64,000 nucleotides of DNA from Hyaloraphidium curvatum SAG 235-1. Taxonomy: Eukaryota; Fungi; Monoblepharomycota. Shown piece after piece: positions 28,256-39,437 of the stretch. Made by a program: the position numbers and the translations under genes. The number at the start of each line of letters is the position of its first letter. Within the stretch, counting starts at the first letter, position 1. The stretch spans positions 248,001 through 312,000 of the forward strand of contig JAIVFI010000037.1 of the NCBI GenBank assembly GCA_025558095.1, given 5' to 3'. Below the pieces are notes generated by a model, which had not been told where the DNA came from, made no database searches, and saw only the letters and a list, made by a program, of their open reading frames with translations.

Positions 28256-31200
28256 ATGGCCGCGCACGCGGCTGCGTGGGCCAATTTCCTACCCGTACTG
28301 CCTTTGCCGTGGAGCGTACTGTGGAACAATCGGATTCACGGCCGCGATGTCGACATCACGCGGCCGCCGGCGGTGCAGTTCGCCATCTGGAACAACATGC
28401 CTGGGGTCGCTGTTGAAGCCGACGCCTTCAACCTCCCGGCGAACCTGGCCAGGTTCTGCCCAGTTCACGGCAACGCTTGTCCAGCTCCGCAGCAGCTTGC
28501 AGTCGGTCAGATGGTCCAGTTTGTGCAGGGTATTCCGTTCTGCAATTGTAAGTATGAGCCGCCTGCTACCCGACATACGGATCTCTCACACCCAGCGCTC
28601 GCAAGCCGCTTTCCACCAAGGCTTCGAACCGGCATTGGACGTGTTCCTTGGAACCTGCCCAGTCGCCCAACTTCGATGTGAGCAACTTCCGCATTTCCAC
28701 AATGCGCTTGCGGGGGCTTTTGGCTTTATCCTTCGTTTCTACGACGCGACCGCGACGATCCCGGAGCGGCACGTATCGGTGAGTGCGATTTGTGCCGTGT
28801 TTTTCTTGAGTCTGACGCCTCTGCGCAGCATGCACGATACGGCGTGGCGTTGGTCTTTGTCCCCCTCAGCTCTCTTCGTCCGACAACCCTTGTGGCCGCT
28901 GATGTCCCCGACGCATGGATCGAGAGGCCGACGACGGACGTGGTTTTCGACGGGATCCAGGCGTTCTACGGGCGTGCCACCATCTGGGACGACAACATGA
29001 TCTACGGCAACGCCCCGAACAAGACTTGCGTTGACTGCTCCCGCCGTGGCCACCCGAGCAAAGCCTCGTTCTACTGCGAGCAACATAACCCCCGTGCATT
29101 GAATGGCATCAAGGCCTTCGAATGGGATCACGAGGGTGGGCTATACTGGTACCGACCGTACGTCGTGAAGACGAGTTTGGACGCTTTCTGCCGGCATGAG
29201 CCGCTCCGTGGGCTTTTCAAGACCATTTCGGCTGCTACAACCATGGTTTGCTTTGAAGGAGCCCTCTTCCTGCAGTTGTTTTTGTCGCTCTACCCGTTGC
29301 GGTCCGCGGATGCAACCGGGATGTGGGAACCGATCGTGGACCTGAATTTGTCGGATTCCCAAATCCAGAACCTGTTCAAGGCGTTCTATTTCCCGTCGGA
29401 CGATGGCTACGGCAGGGTTTTACAGCTCCTAGACCGTTTCCATCCCCTAGCGCGCGAGGTATTTGTTCAGCACTACCTACCATGCCGGAAAGGAAGGGCG
29501 ACCTGGCCCGGGGACTGGCCTGCAGCCCGCGCGGTCTGCGACAACTTTGACTCTCTGCCAAATCAAGTTGCTGCCAACGTTCGCACGCAGTTCGTGGGCG
29601 CCTGGAAACGCCACGTCGTGTACAACATCGGGGACTGGACCGTGTGGTGGATCAAGGAGCGGCTCAAGGAGCGGATCACGGCTGCTGCGCAGTGGCCAGC
29701 GTGGATGCTTGGCAAGCTGGCCTGGGGCATGTACAACTACTTCACGCTGGGCCGCTCGGACAACCTGGACATCTTCGAAAGGCGCAAGGCGGAACGAAGA
29801 GCAGCAGCTGCTTCGCGGAGGGAGGGAAGAGCACCTGCCGAAGCGGCGGTCCCGGCCGACCACCCGTTCGAGCTACCGACTTTCCGGGCGGAAGATGCCT
29901 GTGGATGGCCACCGTCCACGCTCAACGTGGCGAACCGAATCATTGCTGAGCTGCGCCGGAAGTTTGGACCCGTCGATTGGAGCAAGACGGAGACGGGCGG
30001 CCTGATCTGCAAGGATAACGCCTTCATCGGCAACTACATCCGCTGGCTTAGGTACCTTTCGCTTGCGCGCGAGGAGGCCAACGCGAAGCAGTTTGCGCTT
30101 GTCCCGCTCTACGACTGGTCCAACAAGTTCGTCCTCGTCGATACGATGGTGCTGTATTGGTGCCTCAGGATCGTGGAAGATAGGGTTGGTGGTCTGTGCG
30201 GGACCAAACTGCTTTCTTTTCTGACGCCTAGCTCTACACCGCAAACAGCTCCGTGCATCGGAACAACCCCCGCCGGCGGACCTGAAGCTGCCCAAGACCC
30301 CGGCAGTCTTCTTCGCCGACCACGAGAATCTGCACAACTGGCACCTGTATCTGTTCAACGTCGACGGAGTCTTCCGCAACAAGAGCCCCGAAGCCCGGCG
30401 CAAGCGGAACCGGCGCCGCAAGGAGCAGCGGAGGCGGAGAAAAGCGCAGGAGGCGCAGAGCGGGCAGCGGTTTCAACACAAGCGGGGAGGGTGGAAGCGC
30501 GTGAAGAAGAAGAAGGTGGGCGACGGATCTCCGGATTTCGCCGTACTGGCAACCCATGAGAACTGCTTCCGCAGTCAAAGTCTCGGCCAATACCAGGCGA
30601 TCTCCGCGATTCCAGTTCGATACCCGAGTCCGAGATACCCCAAACAACACCTCCTCCGCCCCCCTTCCCCAAGCCAAAATCCATAGTCTTCGACGGGTCG
30701 TTCGTGGTCAACAACAGCGACGTCTCGATCCAGCTGCACAAGCGGAAGAGAACGTCCGCAACGTCGGACAGGAGCGCTTTCGAGGGTGCCGATGAGGGCT
30801 TCACGCGGGACCCGAACGGGCGCAGCAAGCGCACCGGCACGGGTGCGTGGGTCGGGGACGTGGACAGAATACCGGATCAGGTCAAGGAGAACTTCGACGT
30901 CTTCCCGGACCACACCATCGTCGCGGCGATCGACTTCGGCTGGAAGAATGTAGCAACGTGGGGCTGGACGACGCTGGGCAAGATCAGGGCCGCCGGCAAT
31001 CTCCATGTCTACGACAAGAACCCTCTGGACAACCCGCTACTGTACGACGTGGAGGAGGTCGTTGCAGTCGAGGTGGACGGCGTCGTCATGGACCCCGAGG
31101 GAAGGCCGCTGCTGGCGGCCGACGTCGAGCAGAGAGCGATGTTTGGCGGCACGACGGTCTGGGTCGACGACCCGATGCTCATGGACACGGGTGTCGTCGG

Positions 31201-32081
31201 GATGGACCGCGCAAACATGCCCTGGGTCGCGGACGACGTCGAGGAGAAGGTGGTGGACGGGTGCAAGGTCTACTACCGGAAGGTGAACAAGGGCAACGTC
31301 AAGCTCACCTTTGGCAAGGTCACGGCCGGCAACATCAAAAGGCATACGGGCGCTGCGCGCCGAGAGAAGGAGACCGCCGAGAAGGTCGAGCAGGTCTTTG
31401 GTCGGAAAGACCCCTTCGCCAACCTCGGTTCTCCGCGCACCTGCGTTGTCTCGGAGCTCGAGGAGCACCTGCGCAAGGTGTTCGAAAAGCTGGACCGTGT
31501 TTGGAAAGTGACGCTCGACCCTGATATCGTCAAGCTGCGATTCAAGAGCTACATCGACAAGCAGCGGTTCTACCAGAATACGCTCCCGGCCTGGGTGGTG
31601 GGAGGCAAGGAGAACCTGCGCAAGCCCATCCTCCTGTACCCTGGTGCGGCGAGCCTCGTCTTCAAGAACCAGCGCGGCAACATGCCCGCCTCTGTTCGCA
31701 AGTGTCGCCGCGGCATCGCCCACCGCCTCAACCCCGGCATGTGGCAGTTTGCCATGGACACGGGCGAGGAGTACACCTCTCAAGTGCACGCAGCGGCACA
31801 CTCGTGGGACCACCCCGAGCGATCGCTCGTCTGCATCAACCACGCCGAGGACAGTCCCGGCAAGCGCCCACGCGACCTCCAACGTTGCCAAGGAACAACG
31901 TGTGCGTAACGGTTTCCTTCTGCGCGAGGGGTGAAGCTCACGATCCCCTATAGATTGCTGTGGAGGGCACGTGGCCCGGGACAAGAACTCGGTGAAGGAC
32001 ATCATGAGCGTGGGGCTCAGCAACGTCGTCTTCGGTAAGCGGCCCACGATCTTTACCTACGAATACTGGCGAAACCGTTGA
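28256..32081 (+). CDS. Fanzor1 (eukaryotic TnpB homologue) RNA-guided RuvC endonuclease, spliced
   Basis: Introns 28779-28828, 30185-30248, 30516-30574 and 31902-31953 join one frame of about 1025 aa from 28829. It contains CVDCSRRGHPSKASFYC, VVKTSLDAFCR, FALVPL, FDGSFVVNNSDVSI, RuvC-I AAIDFGW (D 30932), RuvC-II GEEYTSQ (E 31766), RuvC-III RDKNS (D 31980) and C-terminal GKRPTIF. Exons upstream of 28779 are uncertain. Confidence 0.85.
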
Positions 32082-32165
32082 AGACAGTAGCCAGAAAACT
32101 AGTAGCGGCGTCGAACCTGCGGAGTGCGGGTTTCTGATGTAGCCGCACGAGGAAAATCCTTTAGA
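32050..32165 (+). ncRNA. Putative Fanzor omegaRNA scaffold and guide
   Basis: Lies between the Fanzor 3' end and the element right end, where omegaRNAs are encoded. Possible stems: CAGAAA(32092)/TTTCTG(32131), GTGCGG(32124)/CCGCAC(32143), AGGA/TCCT(32150-32160). Positional inference only. Confidence 0.5.
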
Positions 32166-32222
32166 CCTTCCTTTCCGTGGCGCCAAACTTCGTCCGTGCC
32201 CTGACCGCGTATCCTGGGCGCC

Positions 32223-32885
32223 ATGTCTGAAGAACCTGAGGACCCGAAGCCCCAGCTGGTCGAGGAGTGTGAGTAGGGGGTCAACGGAGGCACACGGGCT
32301 CGGTCAGGGATGTGTGCAGCGTCGCCGTGGCGTCGACGTCTCTGCTTCCCACGGACCTGGGGACATCTTGCCCGCTGTTGACGACAATTATGGGCGCTCA
32401 ATTGTGCTGGAGTCTCTGCGATTGGCGCCGGCACCTTCGGACGGGAGGATGGCGGATGGCGTTGGGTCTCGGAGGCATTCGAACTCAACCGTGGGTCCGA
32501 TCCGCCAGGCAAGGAGTCGGACCACTGCAAGCACCTCCAACACGTCTATGAGCACTGCGCGGAGAGGTGGGCTCGTCCGGAAGCCGCGATGGACGGGCTC
32601 GGAGCCTGATTCGGACTGGTCGGACACGCAGGATCGAGAAGGAGGGAGGCGAGCAGAACTGCGTGCTGGAGTTCTTTGACCTCTTGGAGTGCATAGTACG
32701 TGATGGTGCTCGATGACTACTCGTTCTCTCTAACCCGCGGTCGCGCGTCCCCCTAGGATCACTGCGTTGGGTGAGTAGGGTCAGGTAACTCAGGGTAACG
32801 TCTCTGACCGCGGTCCACATGCTACCTCCTGGTGGGAATCTTGCTATCGACTTCTAGGCCGAAGCTGTTCAAGCAGCTGGTGTAA
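32223..32885 (+). CDS. QCR6: Cytochrome bc1 complex hinge protein (subunit 6)
   Basis: Spliced: MSEEPEDPKPQLVEEC KESDHCKHLQHVYEHCAERIEKEGGEQNCVLEFFDLLECI DHCVG PKLFKQLV*; 5 small exons, absent from the ORF track. Confidence 0.92.
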
Positions 32886-33132
32886 ACGGTAGTGACTAGC
32901 ACGACAGCCTTACTCCTTTGGGTGCCGCCAGCGAATCGGCTTCTCGCGTCAATCTAGGACGTCGATACTGTTTAGGTCGCTGTCTGTGAATGATTTTGTC
33001 CAATGCTCGCGGGCGGATGCGCAGTCGAAGCACGGCGGCTGACTGGGTCGTGGGGGCGCTTGCAGTGACTCGACTTCCGTGCCCGCAAACTCCAACCTCA
33101 GCAGCGAGCCACTCCCCCCGCCGGAGCCCGCC

Positions 33133-34533
33133 ATGGAGCCCGACGGCAGTAGCTCAACGGCGAGCAGTCCGCTCTCCGACACCGTGGAGGTCTACGGTGG
33201 CTTCGTAGGCCTCGAGACTCCGGGCCAGTCTCCCGGTGTGGCTTTCCAAGTCGCCGGCTTCGCCCCGCAAGGCCCGAGCTCCCCTGACCAACGGAACACC
33301 AAGATTCCGATGCACTTTGGGGCTGCCTTCTCGAGGTACGCGGTGGTTTAGGAGCCGGGGGGCCGGCTGCAATCGTGGCCGGTCGATGACGGTGCGCCGA
33401 CAGCTTCGTTCAACCTCCCTTCATCCGGAGTTCGAAGGACACTTACCACGTTTTCGTGGGCGATCTTTCGAACGCCGTGACGGCCGAAAGCTTGAAAGCG
33501 GCCTTCAGCGCCTACAACGTCCACGACGCGCGGGTTGGGACGACTGACTCCGTTGCACTTTCGTTGTGTACTCAGTTTCTTCTTCTCCAGGTGGTCATGG
33601 ACTACACGACGGGCCGCACCCGGGGTTATGGCTTCGCCTGCTTCAAAAATCGCGAGGATGCTGCCAGGGCGATTGAGGAAAAGAACGGCAGCTGGCTGGG
33701 CGGGAGGTCCGTGAGGGTCTCCTGGGGTTCCCGCGGACTGCAGCCGGACGGAACTCTGCCTCCGACCTCAAGCGATCGCTCGCAAAAGTCTCGTAAGTCG
33801 CTCGGCATGTCATCGGCCTTCTCTTAATCACGGAAGACGACTCTCCAGCCGGCCGAAGGTCTTCGCTGCAAGAAATCCGGACGCAGAGCCCCATCACCAA
33901 CACGACTGTGTGTAAGTAGCTTGTTCTTTATCGTCGTCTCATTGTGAACTCGAAGCTGACGTGCCCGACAAGACATTGCCAACATACCCCAGATGCAGAC
34001 GGATACCGAAGTCGCGAGGCTTTTCGAGCCGTTCGGGTTGATTCTGGACATTAGGCAACAATGGGCCCGCGGATACGCCTTCGTCACGTTCGTCGCACGT
34101 ATTGAAATCCAGCGCGACTCAACATACTGATCGATCACTCTCCAGGATGGAGAACCACGAGAGCGCCAGCCGCGCGATCCACTCGCTCAACGGGGCCGAG
34201 TACTGCGGAAGGAAGCTGAAGGTGCGATCGGAACCTGCGGTAACGCGATCTCTCGGCTGACGCCTGTGGCAGTGCTCGTGGGGCAGAGAGAAATGGGGCT
34301 ACGGCATGGAGGCCGAACCCCTGATCTACGATGCCTTCGGCAACGGCTTCGTGGGGGATCCCAACGCTCTCGCGGACGGCTGGGTGTTCCCCGCCATGCA
34401 GCAGCAGTACGTCGACGGCTCGGAGAGCGACACGGAATCGATTCCCGGCGGCGTTACATATCCGATGTACCCGCAGCAGGTCTACTTCATCCCGGGGATG
34501 GTGGCGCCGCAGTACGCGGAGGCAATGTACTAG
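33133..34533 (+). CDS. Multi-RRM RNA-binding protein, Pub1/TIA-1-like
   Basis: YHVFVGDLSNAVT..LKAAF, VVMDYTTGRTRGYGF, NGSWLGGRSVRVSW, NTTVY, RGYAFVT, HESASRAIHSLNG..LKCSWG; start codon uncertain. Confidence 0.8.
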
Positions 34534-34589
34534 GAGTCTTGAATCGCCAATCTTGCGTTTGCTTCAGCGACTCCGCCGGCCGTCCAAGT

Positions 34590-35916
34590 CTATCCCTCCC
34601 CATGCGTCTCGCGGTAGTACTCCACAAAGCTGTCGATCGTGGACGGCCATGCGCCTGCAGAGCGCCAGATAAGCTGGGATCGATTGCAGGCGAGTCTGCG
34701 CTAGTCACCGTCCGAGTCGTAGTTGCTGAGGTCCGGATTCGTTGTCCGGAGAAAGTCGAGAAGCTGGCGGCAACAATGAGCGTACTGGATCGGGCGCGGC
34801 AAGAAACGAGGAACGCACCAAGTTCCAAGTATCCCGGCTGATCGCCTTGCTGTGCTTCTCCTGCGGCCAGTTGTCATGAGTCCAGCGTCGAGGCATGCCG
34901 AACGCCAACCAACCTTGACAAAAGTGATCCATTCCTCTGCGAGCGGGTACTTTGGCGAAAGAAGAAGCTGCAAGAAGGCTGGTTGGCGACGATGCACGTT
35001 CGTCATGGAAGCTGCCCACCTCCCAATACGCAACGGCGATCTCAACCGCTAGGAGCGGGATCAGACGTCGAACACATACGCGCCATTGAATTAGACGTAC
35101 GCAAGCTCTTTTGTCCCTCGGACCGCGCAAAGTTGAAGGCAAACTGGTACACGTCCCGGAACTTGCTTTCGTCGTCGAGTTCGGCGCGGAGCATTGGTAG
35201 CGAGTGCTTCATCTTGTCTAGGGTATCGCACCTGGCGAGGGCAAGCGGGTCAGCGAACCGGACCGTCCAGCGCCACACATTGCAGCCGACCGAAGCTTGG
35301 TCCAGCCCTGCCGAAGCGACGGGGTGAGCGGGCAGATAAAGGGTCGAGATGGATGCCGATCGCACCTTTAGCCAGCCGTCCTTCGTGAACTCGGCCATCC
35401 GTTGGGCCCCAAGGTGAAACGCAATGACCAGCATGACCTTGTCCGACGGATCGACCTCCAGATCGTTGCACAGCGCCTCCACGCCCTCGATGCCGATGAC
35501 CTCCTCCCCGGCCTCTGCAGATCGGGTGCCGGAGACGACATTTCGGAAGCCGCGGGTTCCAGAGCAAGATGGCCTAATCAGCGATGGCCTGCCGGGCCTC
35601 CGGGCGCGACGCACCCTGGTACTTGGCGAAAAGCCGGTTCAGGTCGGCAGTGTTCACGTTCGACGAGCTCGGCCGCGCCTGCGACTCCCCCCCGCTCATG
35701 AAGAACGAGTCCACGGCCAATTCCAGGTTCCAGCCGGCCGCATTGAGGTACGTCTTGGCCGTCTTCTCGCTGCGCGACGCGTGGGAACGCGTCCGGATCG
35801 GCGGGCCGGCCGGTGAGCGCGCGCGGGGCAGATCGCATCGCGCCGTCGTACTTGGCATTGGTGAAGGAAATGAACTTGTTGATCTTCTCTTTCTGTCCGG
35901 GCTTCAGGGACAGCAT
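34590..35916 (-). CDS. DCN1: DCN1-like cullin neddylation E3 (UBA-like plus PONY domain)
   Basis: LNAAGWNLELAVDSFF, IGIEGVEALCNDLEVDP, FRDVYQFAFNFARSEGQKSL, ISRDTWN, NYDSDG-AWPSTIDSFVEY. Confidence 0.92.
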
Positions 35917-36051
35917 CGTGGAGCGGTGGGCCGGGAATGGGACTGACTATTGGTGCGGAGGGTCCCTTGGCGGTCGCGCCTCGTTGGGTTAGATTTTCGC
36001 CAACCCATCAACATCGATCACACTTTCGGCCGCCCAACCCGCCCATCGACC

Positions 36052-36576
36052 ATGGTGAGCTCGGAGACCGACGGGAGGCGGAGATTTATGGCCTGTGGAC
36101 GGGTCTGCTGGGCGTGGGGCGGGTGTCGGGCGCGTGGGGACTCTTGTGGGGAGGCGGAACGCGGGACCGGTGGACTCTGCTCCCACTCTGGCGGACTCGG
36201 GGGCGGCTGGGCACAGGCTGGCGGCTACTTTTCTGGGGCTACGGGGATCCTTCTCTGGACGGGAACTGACGGGAGGGCGCCGTTGCCAGTCGCACGACGC
36301 TGTGTGGTTCTCCAGGCCGAGGCGGTACGGCAAGGGCTCGCGCCAGTGGTGGGTTCCAGCGCCTGCCGGGCCTCGCTCCCCCTCTGAACGATTAGTTGCC
36401 TGTCTGCTCTCCGTGGCTCGCCGCGTGCCTGCCGGGTCGCCGTCTGTCTGTTCCGCCGTGCCAACAGCCGCGTCTGCGCGCACCAGGCCGGCCTCATCCG
36501 CAAGTACGGCCTCGACATCTGCCGCCAGTGCTTCCGGGAAAAGAGCTCGGACATTGGCTTTTTGAAGACCCGGTGA
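36052..36576 (+). CDS. RPS29: 40S ribosomal protein uS14 (S29)
   Basis: M|[19 protein letters not shown]|[36 protein letters not shown]. Confidence 0.96.
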
Positions 36577-36833
36577 TTCGCCGGACCAGGTGGGCGGGGC
36601 GTGTGGAAGGCGATGGAAAACCAGGCTGACGCCGTCTGCGGCAGGCGAGGGCTACCTGCAACTCAGTATGCTGTTGCAGAGACGCCTTTGTACATTACAT
36701 CGGTAATGGAAGCTTCGATTTCCTGAAGGAGTTGCCGTGTGCGGGCGTGGATGTCTAGTTTACGAGAGCCGGACAGAGGGCCCGTGGGACAACGTCAACG
36801 GCAGCAGTCTATGGCCAAGCACATGGAAACCAT

Positions 36834-37755
36834 CTACAGCTTCTCCTCCTGCGAATCCGAGGCGCGGTCAGCGGCTGGTCCTCTGGGAAGTCCGGTCCGC
36901 GAACAAACCTTGAGCCCGTCCCTGAAGAAGACAAAGTAGGGGGTGACGCTGGAGGGTAGGAGACCAGTGAGAATGTGCCCAGCTCCGTCTAGTCGCGGTG
37001 CAGCCCCACCCGTCCTCGCGGTAGTTCAGAAGGGCGACCATGCCCTCGGGGTTCATGTTCTCGCCCGTGTAGAACTCCCAGTCCTTGAAGTTCTCGAGGA
37101 CCTTCTTGATGAAGGGCTGGATGTTCTTCTTGAAGACGTCGACCCGGTCGGGTGCGTTTGCCTCGAGGTGCTTCTGCACGGCCTTCATGTAGTCCTTGAT
37201 GTAGACCATGTACGACTTCTTGTCGAACTGCGTGCTCTGCAGCCGCATGGCGTAGGCCACGTTGTTCCTTTGGTGCCCGCATCAGCCTCGCCGCGCGCCG
37301 GGAGCCGGGAGCCGGTCGGTGCTCACACAGTGACCGTGCCCTCGTCCGCCGGCCCATCATCTGCGTCCTCGCCCTCGGCCGAGGCGTTGGCACCAATGTC
37401 GATGTCCCCGGCACCGGCCTTCATGGTGATCATCTGCGATGCGCCCGTCAGCGCTTCCTCCCGGGTCCCGGCCAGCCGATGGCACCTTCGCGTCGACCTC
37501 GTAAATAACGTCGTCCACGAGCGTCAGCTTGAAGGCGTCCGAGACCATCTCGTCGCCCGAGATGACGTCCTTGTACTGGCGATTGCGGGACGGGGGTCAG
37601 CCGGGGGTCTCCGGGGCGTGCGGCGCACGGGACCCACGAGGAGCTGGGCGAGGAAGAAAAGCGCGGGCGGCGCCGGGGGGGCGGGGCGGGGGCAGGCGGG
37701 GCCGATGAGCGCGGGGCGGGGGCGGCGCAACAATGACCAGCGCGAATGCTACCAT
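36834..37755 (-). CDS. TMA19: Translationally controlled tumour protein (TCTP)
   Basis: M|LL|YKDVISGDEMVSDAF, DIGANASAE, FDKKSYMVYIKDYMK, FYTGENMNPEGMVALLNYREDG, FFRDGL. Confidence 0.95.
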
Positions 37756-37870
37756 TTTGGCGGATTAAAGGCGGGACGGGGGAGAAAACGGGGGTGCGTG
37801 CGTCCGAGTAGGTGGAGGGCGCGGTGACCGATCACACGCGAGCATCACCGGCCTCCGCCCAACCGCCCCG

Positions 37871-38310
37871 ATGACGTCGGCCGCGGGCGCCGAGGCGGGC
37901 AAGAAGCGGCGCGCCAAGGCCGAGTCGCCGGGCGACGAGCGGTCGGCGCGCGACCCGTCGGAGACGCCGACGTCGAAGTCGGGCGGCGACGCGGACCCCG
38001 ACGAGAAGCGCCGCCGCTTCCTCGAGCGCAACCGCCTGGCCGCCTCGAAGTGCCGCCAGAAGAAGAAGCAGTGGATCGAGGAGCTGGAGCGCGCCTCGGC
38101 AGACAGCCGCGCTCGCAACAAGCAGCTGCACGCGCTGGTCGACCAGATGCGCGAGGAGCTGATGGCGCTCAAGAACCAGGTGCTGCTGCACCAGTCCTGC
38201 GAGGGCGTCGAGAGGTGGGCACGCCGTCGCGCCGCCCGATGCCCGTCTGACCCGGCCACCCGGTCGCCAGCTTCCTCCGGACCCACAAGGTCGAACCCTC
38301 CGCCGTTTGA
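37871..38310 (+). CDS. Small bZIP transcription factor, ATF/CREB (Atf1/Sko1-like)
   Basis: EKRRRFLERNRLAASKCRQKKKQW followed by a leucine zipper and LL.H..C; one intron near 38215-38270. Confidence 0.88.
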
Positions 38311-38406
38311 ACATCTTGGGATGCTGTTGTCTGTCTATTCTTCACTCGTTGCTGTGGGCGCCTGTATGTTGCGCCGTGTCAATCGATGATTTGCCTCCGC
38401 CGCCGT

Positions 38407-39242
38407 TCATTCCGGGACCGCCTCCGGGTCGATTCCCGCCGCCCTGCACTTGACCGCGAGCTCGAACAGGTAATCGTAGCATTCCGCCATCGTCTTGGTC
38501 CGCTGCCACGTATCGCCCCAAACGTACACCCCGTGCCTCCGCACGAGCACGGCGCAGGTGTCCGGATACCGTTCCATCGCCTGAGTCTCGTCAGCGATGG
38601 GCACCGCACAGCGCCCGGAGACTGCCCACCTCGGCCATTCGGTCCTTCAGGTCCTCCTCTTCGGGCGTGTTTTCGACGATCGGGACTGCGGCGGCGACAT
38701 GAGGAGTCGGACGCAACTGCGGCGCCGGACCACCGACCCTCGAGCATGTCAAAGTACCGCAGGTTGGTATTCGTCGTCCCCCGCCGGATCCCCTTGATCA
38801 TCTCCTGGTGCGTGATCCGGAACACATCCCCCGGCCAGAGCAGAGTCACCATGACCGCCGCCTGCGAATGCGTGTGGATGCAGGCGCCCGCGTTCCGCAT
38901 GTCGAACGCGTTCATGAACAGCGGCGTGCACTGCGACGGCTTGAACTTCTTGGCCGGCGGCGGGCCGCGGACGATGCTCTTTCCGCGGTCGAGCACGTAG
39001 AGGTCCTCGGGGAGCATGCGCTCCTTCTGCACGCCCGACGGCGCGATGTATGTGAAGCGGTCGTCGCGGATGCTCATGCCGCCCCCGGTACCGGTGACCC
39101 AGCCGAGATGGTAGAACTGTTGACAAAGAGCCGGAATGAGGTTCGCTGGGTGTTCCGGATCCGCTGCCCGGATGAGGTCGTCGAGGTCTTCCGGGAGCGG
39201 CCCGCGGCCGTTGGCCGCCGCACTGCGCGCCTCCCCGGCCAT
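38407..39242 (-). CDS. MDE1: Methylthioribulose-1-phosphate dehydratase (APIP)
   Basis: [71 protein letters not shown]. Confidence 0.96.
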
Positions 39243-39437
39243 CGCGGTGCCAAATCCCCGGGGGACGACAGACTGAGCAAGCTCGGAGTCTGGCCGGTGC
39301 CCTTCGCTCCGGAGAAGGGCGGAGCAAGAGGATGCGGTGTGGGATACGGAGTGTTGCGCACAAAGCAGCCCATCGCAGTCATTGCAGCCGCGTCACACAT
39401 TTATTGGAGGCGGCGACGCAGCCTGCAAGCAAGGGAA

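Larger units (their letters stand above)
26826..32165 (+). mobile_element. Non-autonomous Fanzor1-carrying DNA element, possibly with Helitron2-type ends
   Basis: Inverted repeat ATTAGAAACCCGCACTC (26870-26886) vs GAGTGCGGGTTTCTGAT (32122-32138), 16/17 match; hairpin CCCCGC-GTGAG-GTGGGG at 26831-26847; no transposase ORF seen; exact ends uncertain. Confidence 0.65.

Noticed and set aside
28790-31909. Treating the 589-aa and 401-aa ORFs as two genes (transposase plus TnpB)
   Set aside because: Canonical introns join them in frame, the first ORF carries Fanzor1 N-terminal motifs, and no DDE, serine-recombinase or HUH motif is visible
32180-32215. FVRAL peptide as the displaced ZW10 C-terminal exon
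   Set aside because: Only five residues resemble the IRALF helix, the flanking residues do not fit, and it lies in the QCR6 upstream region
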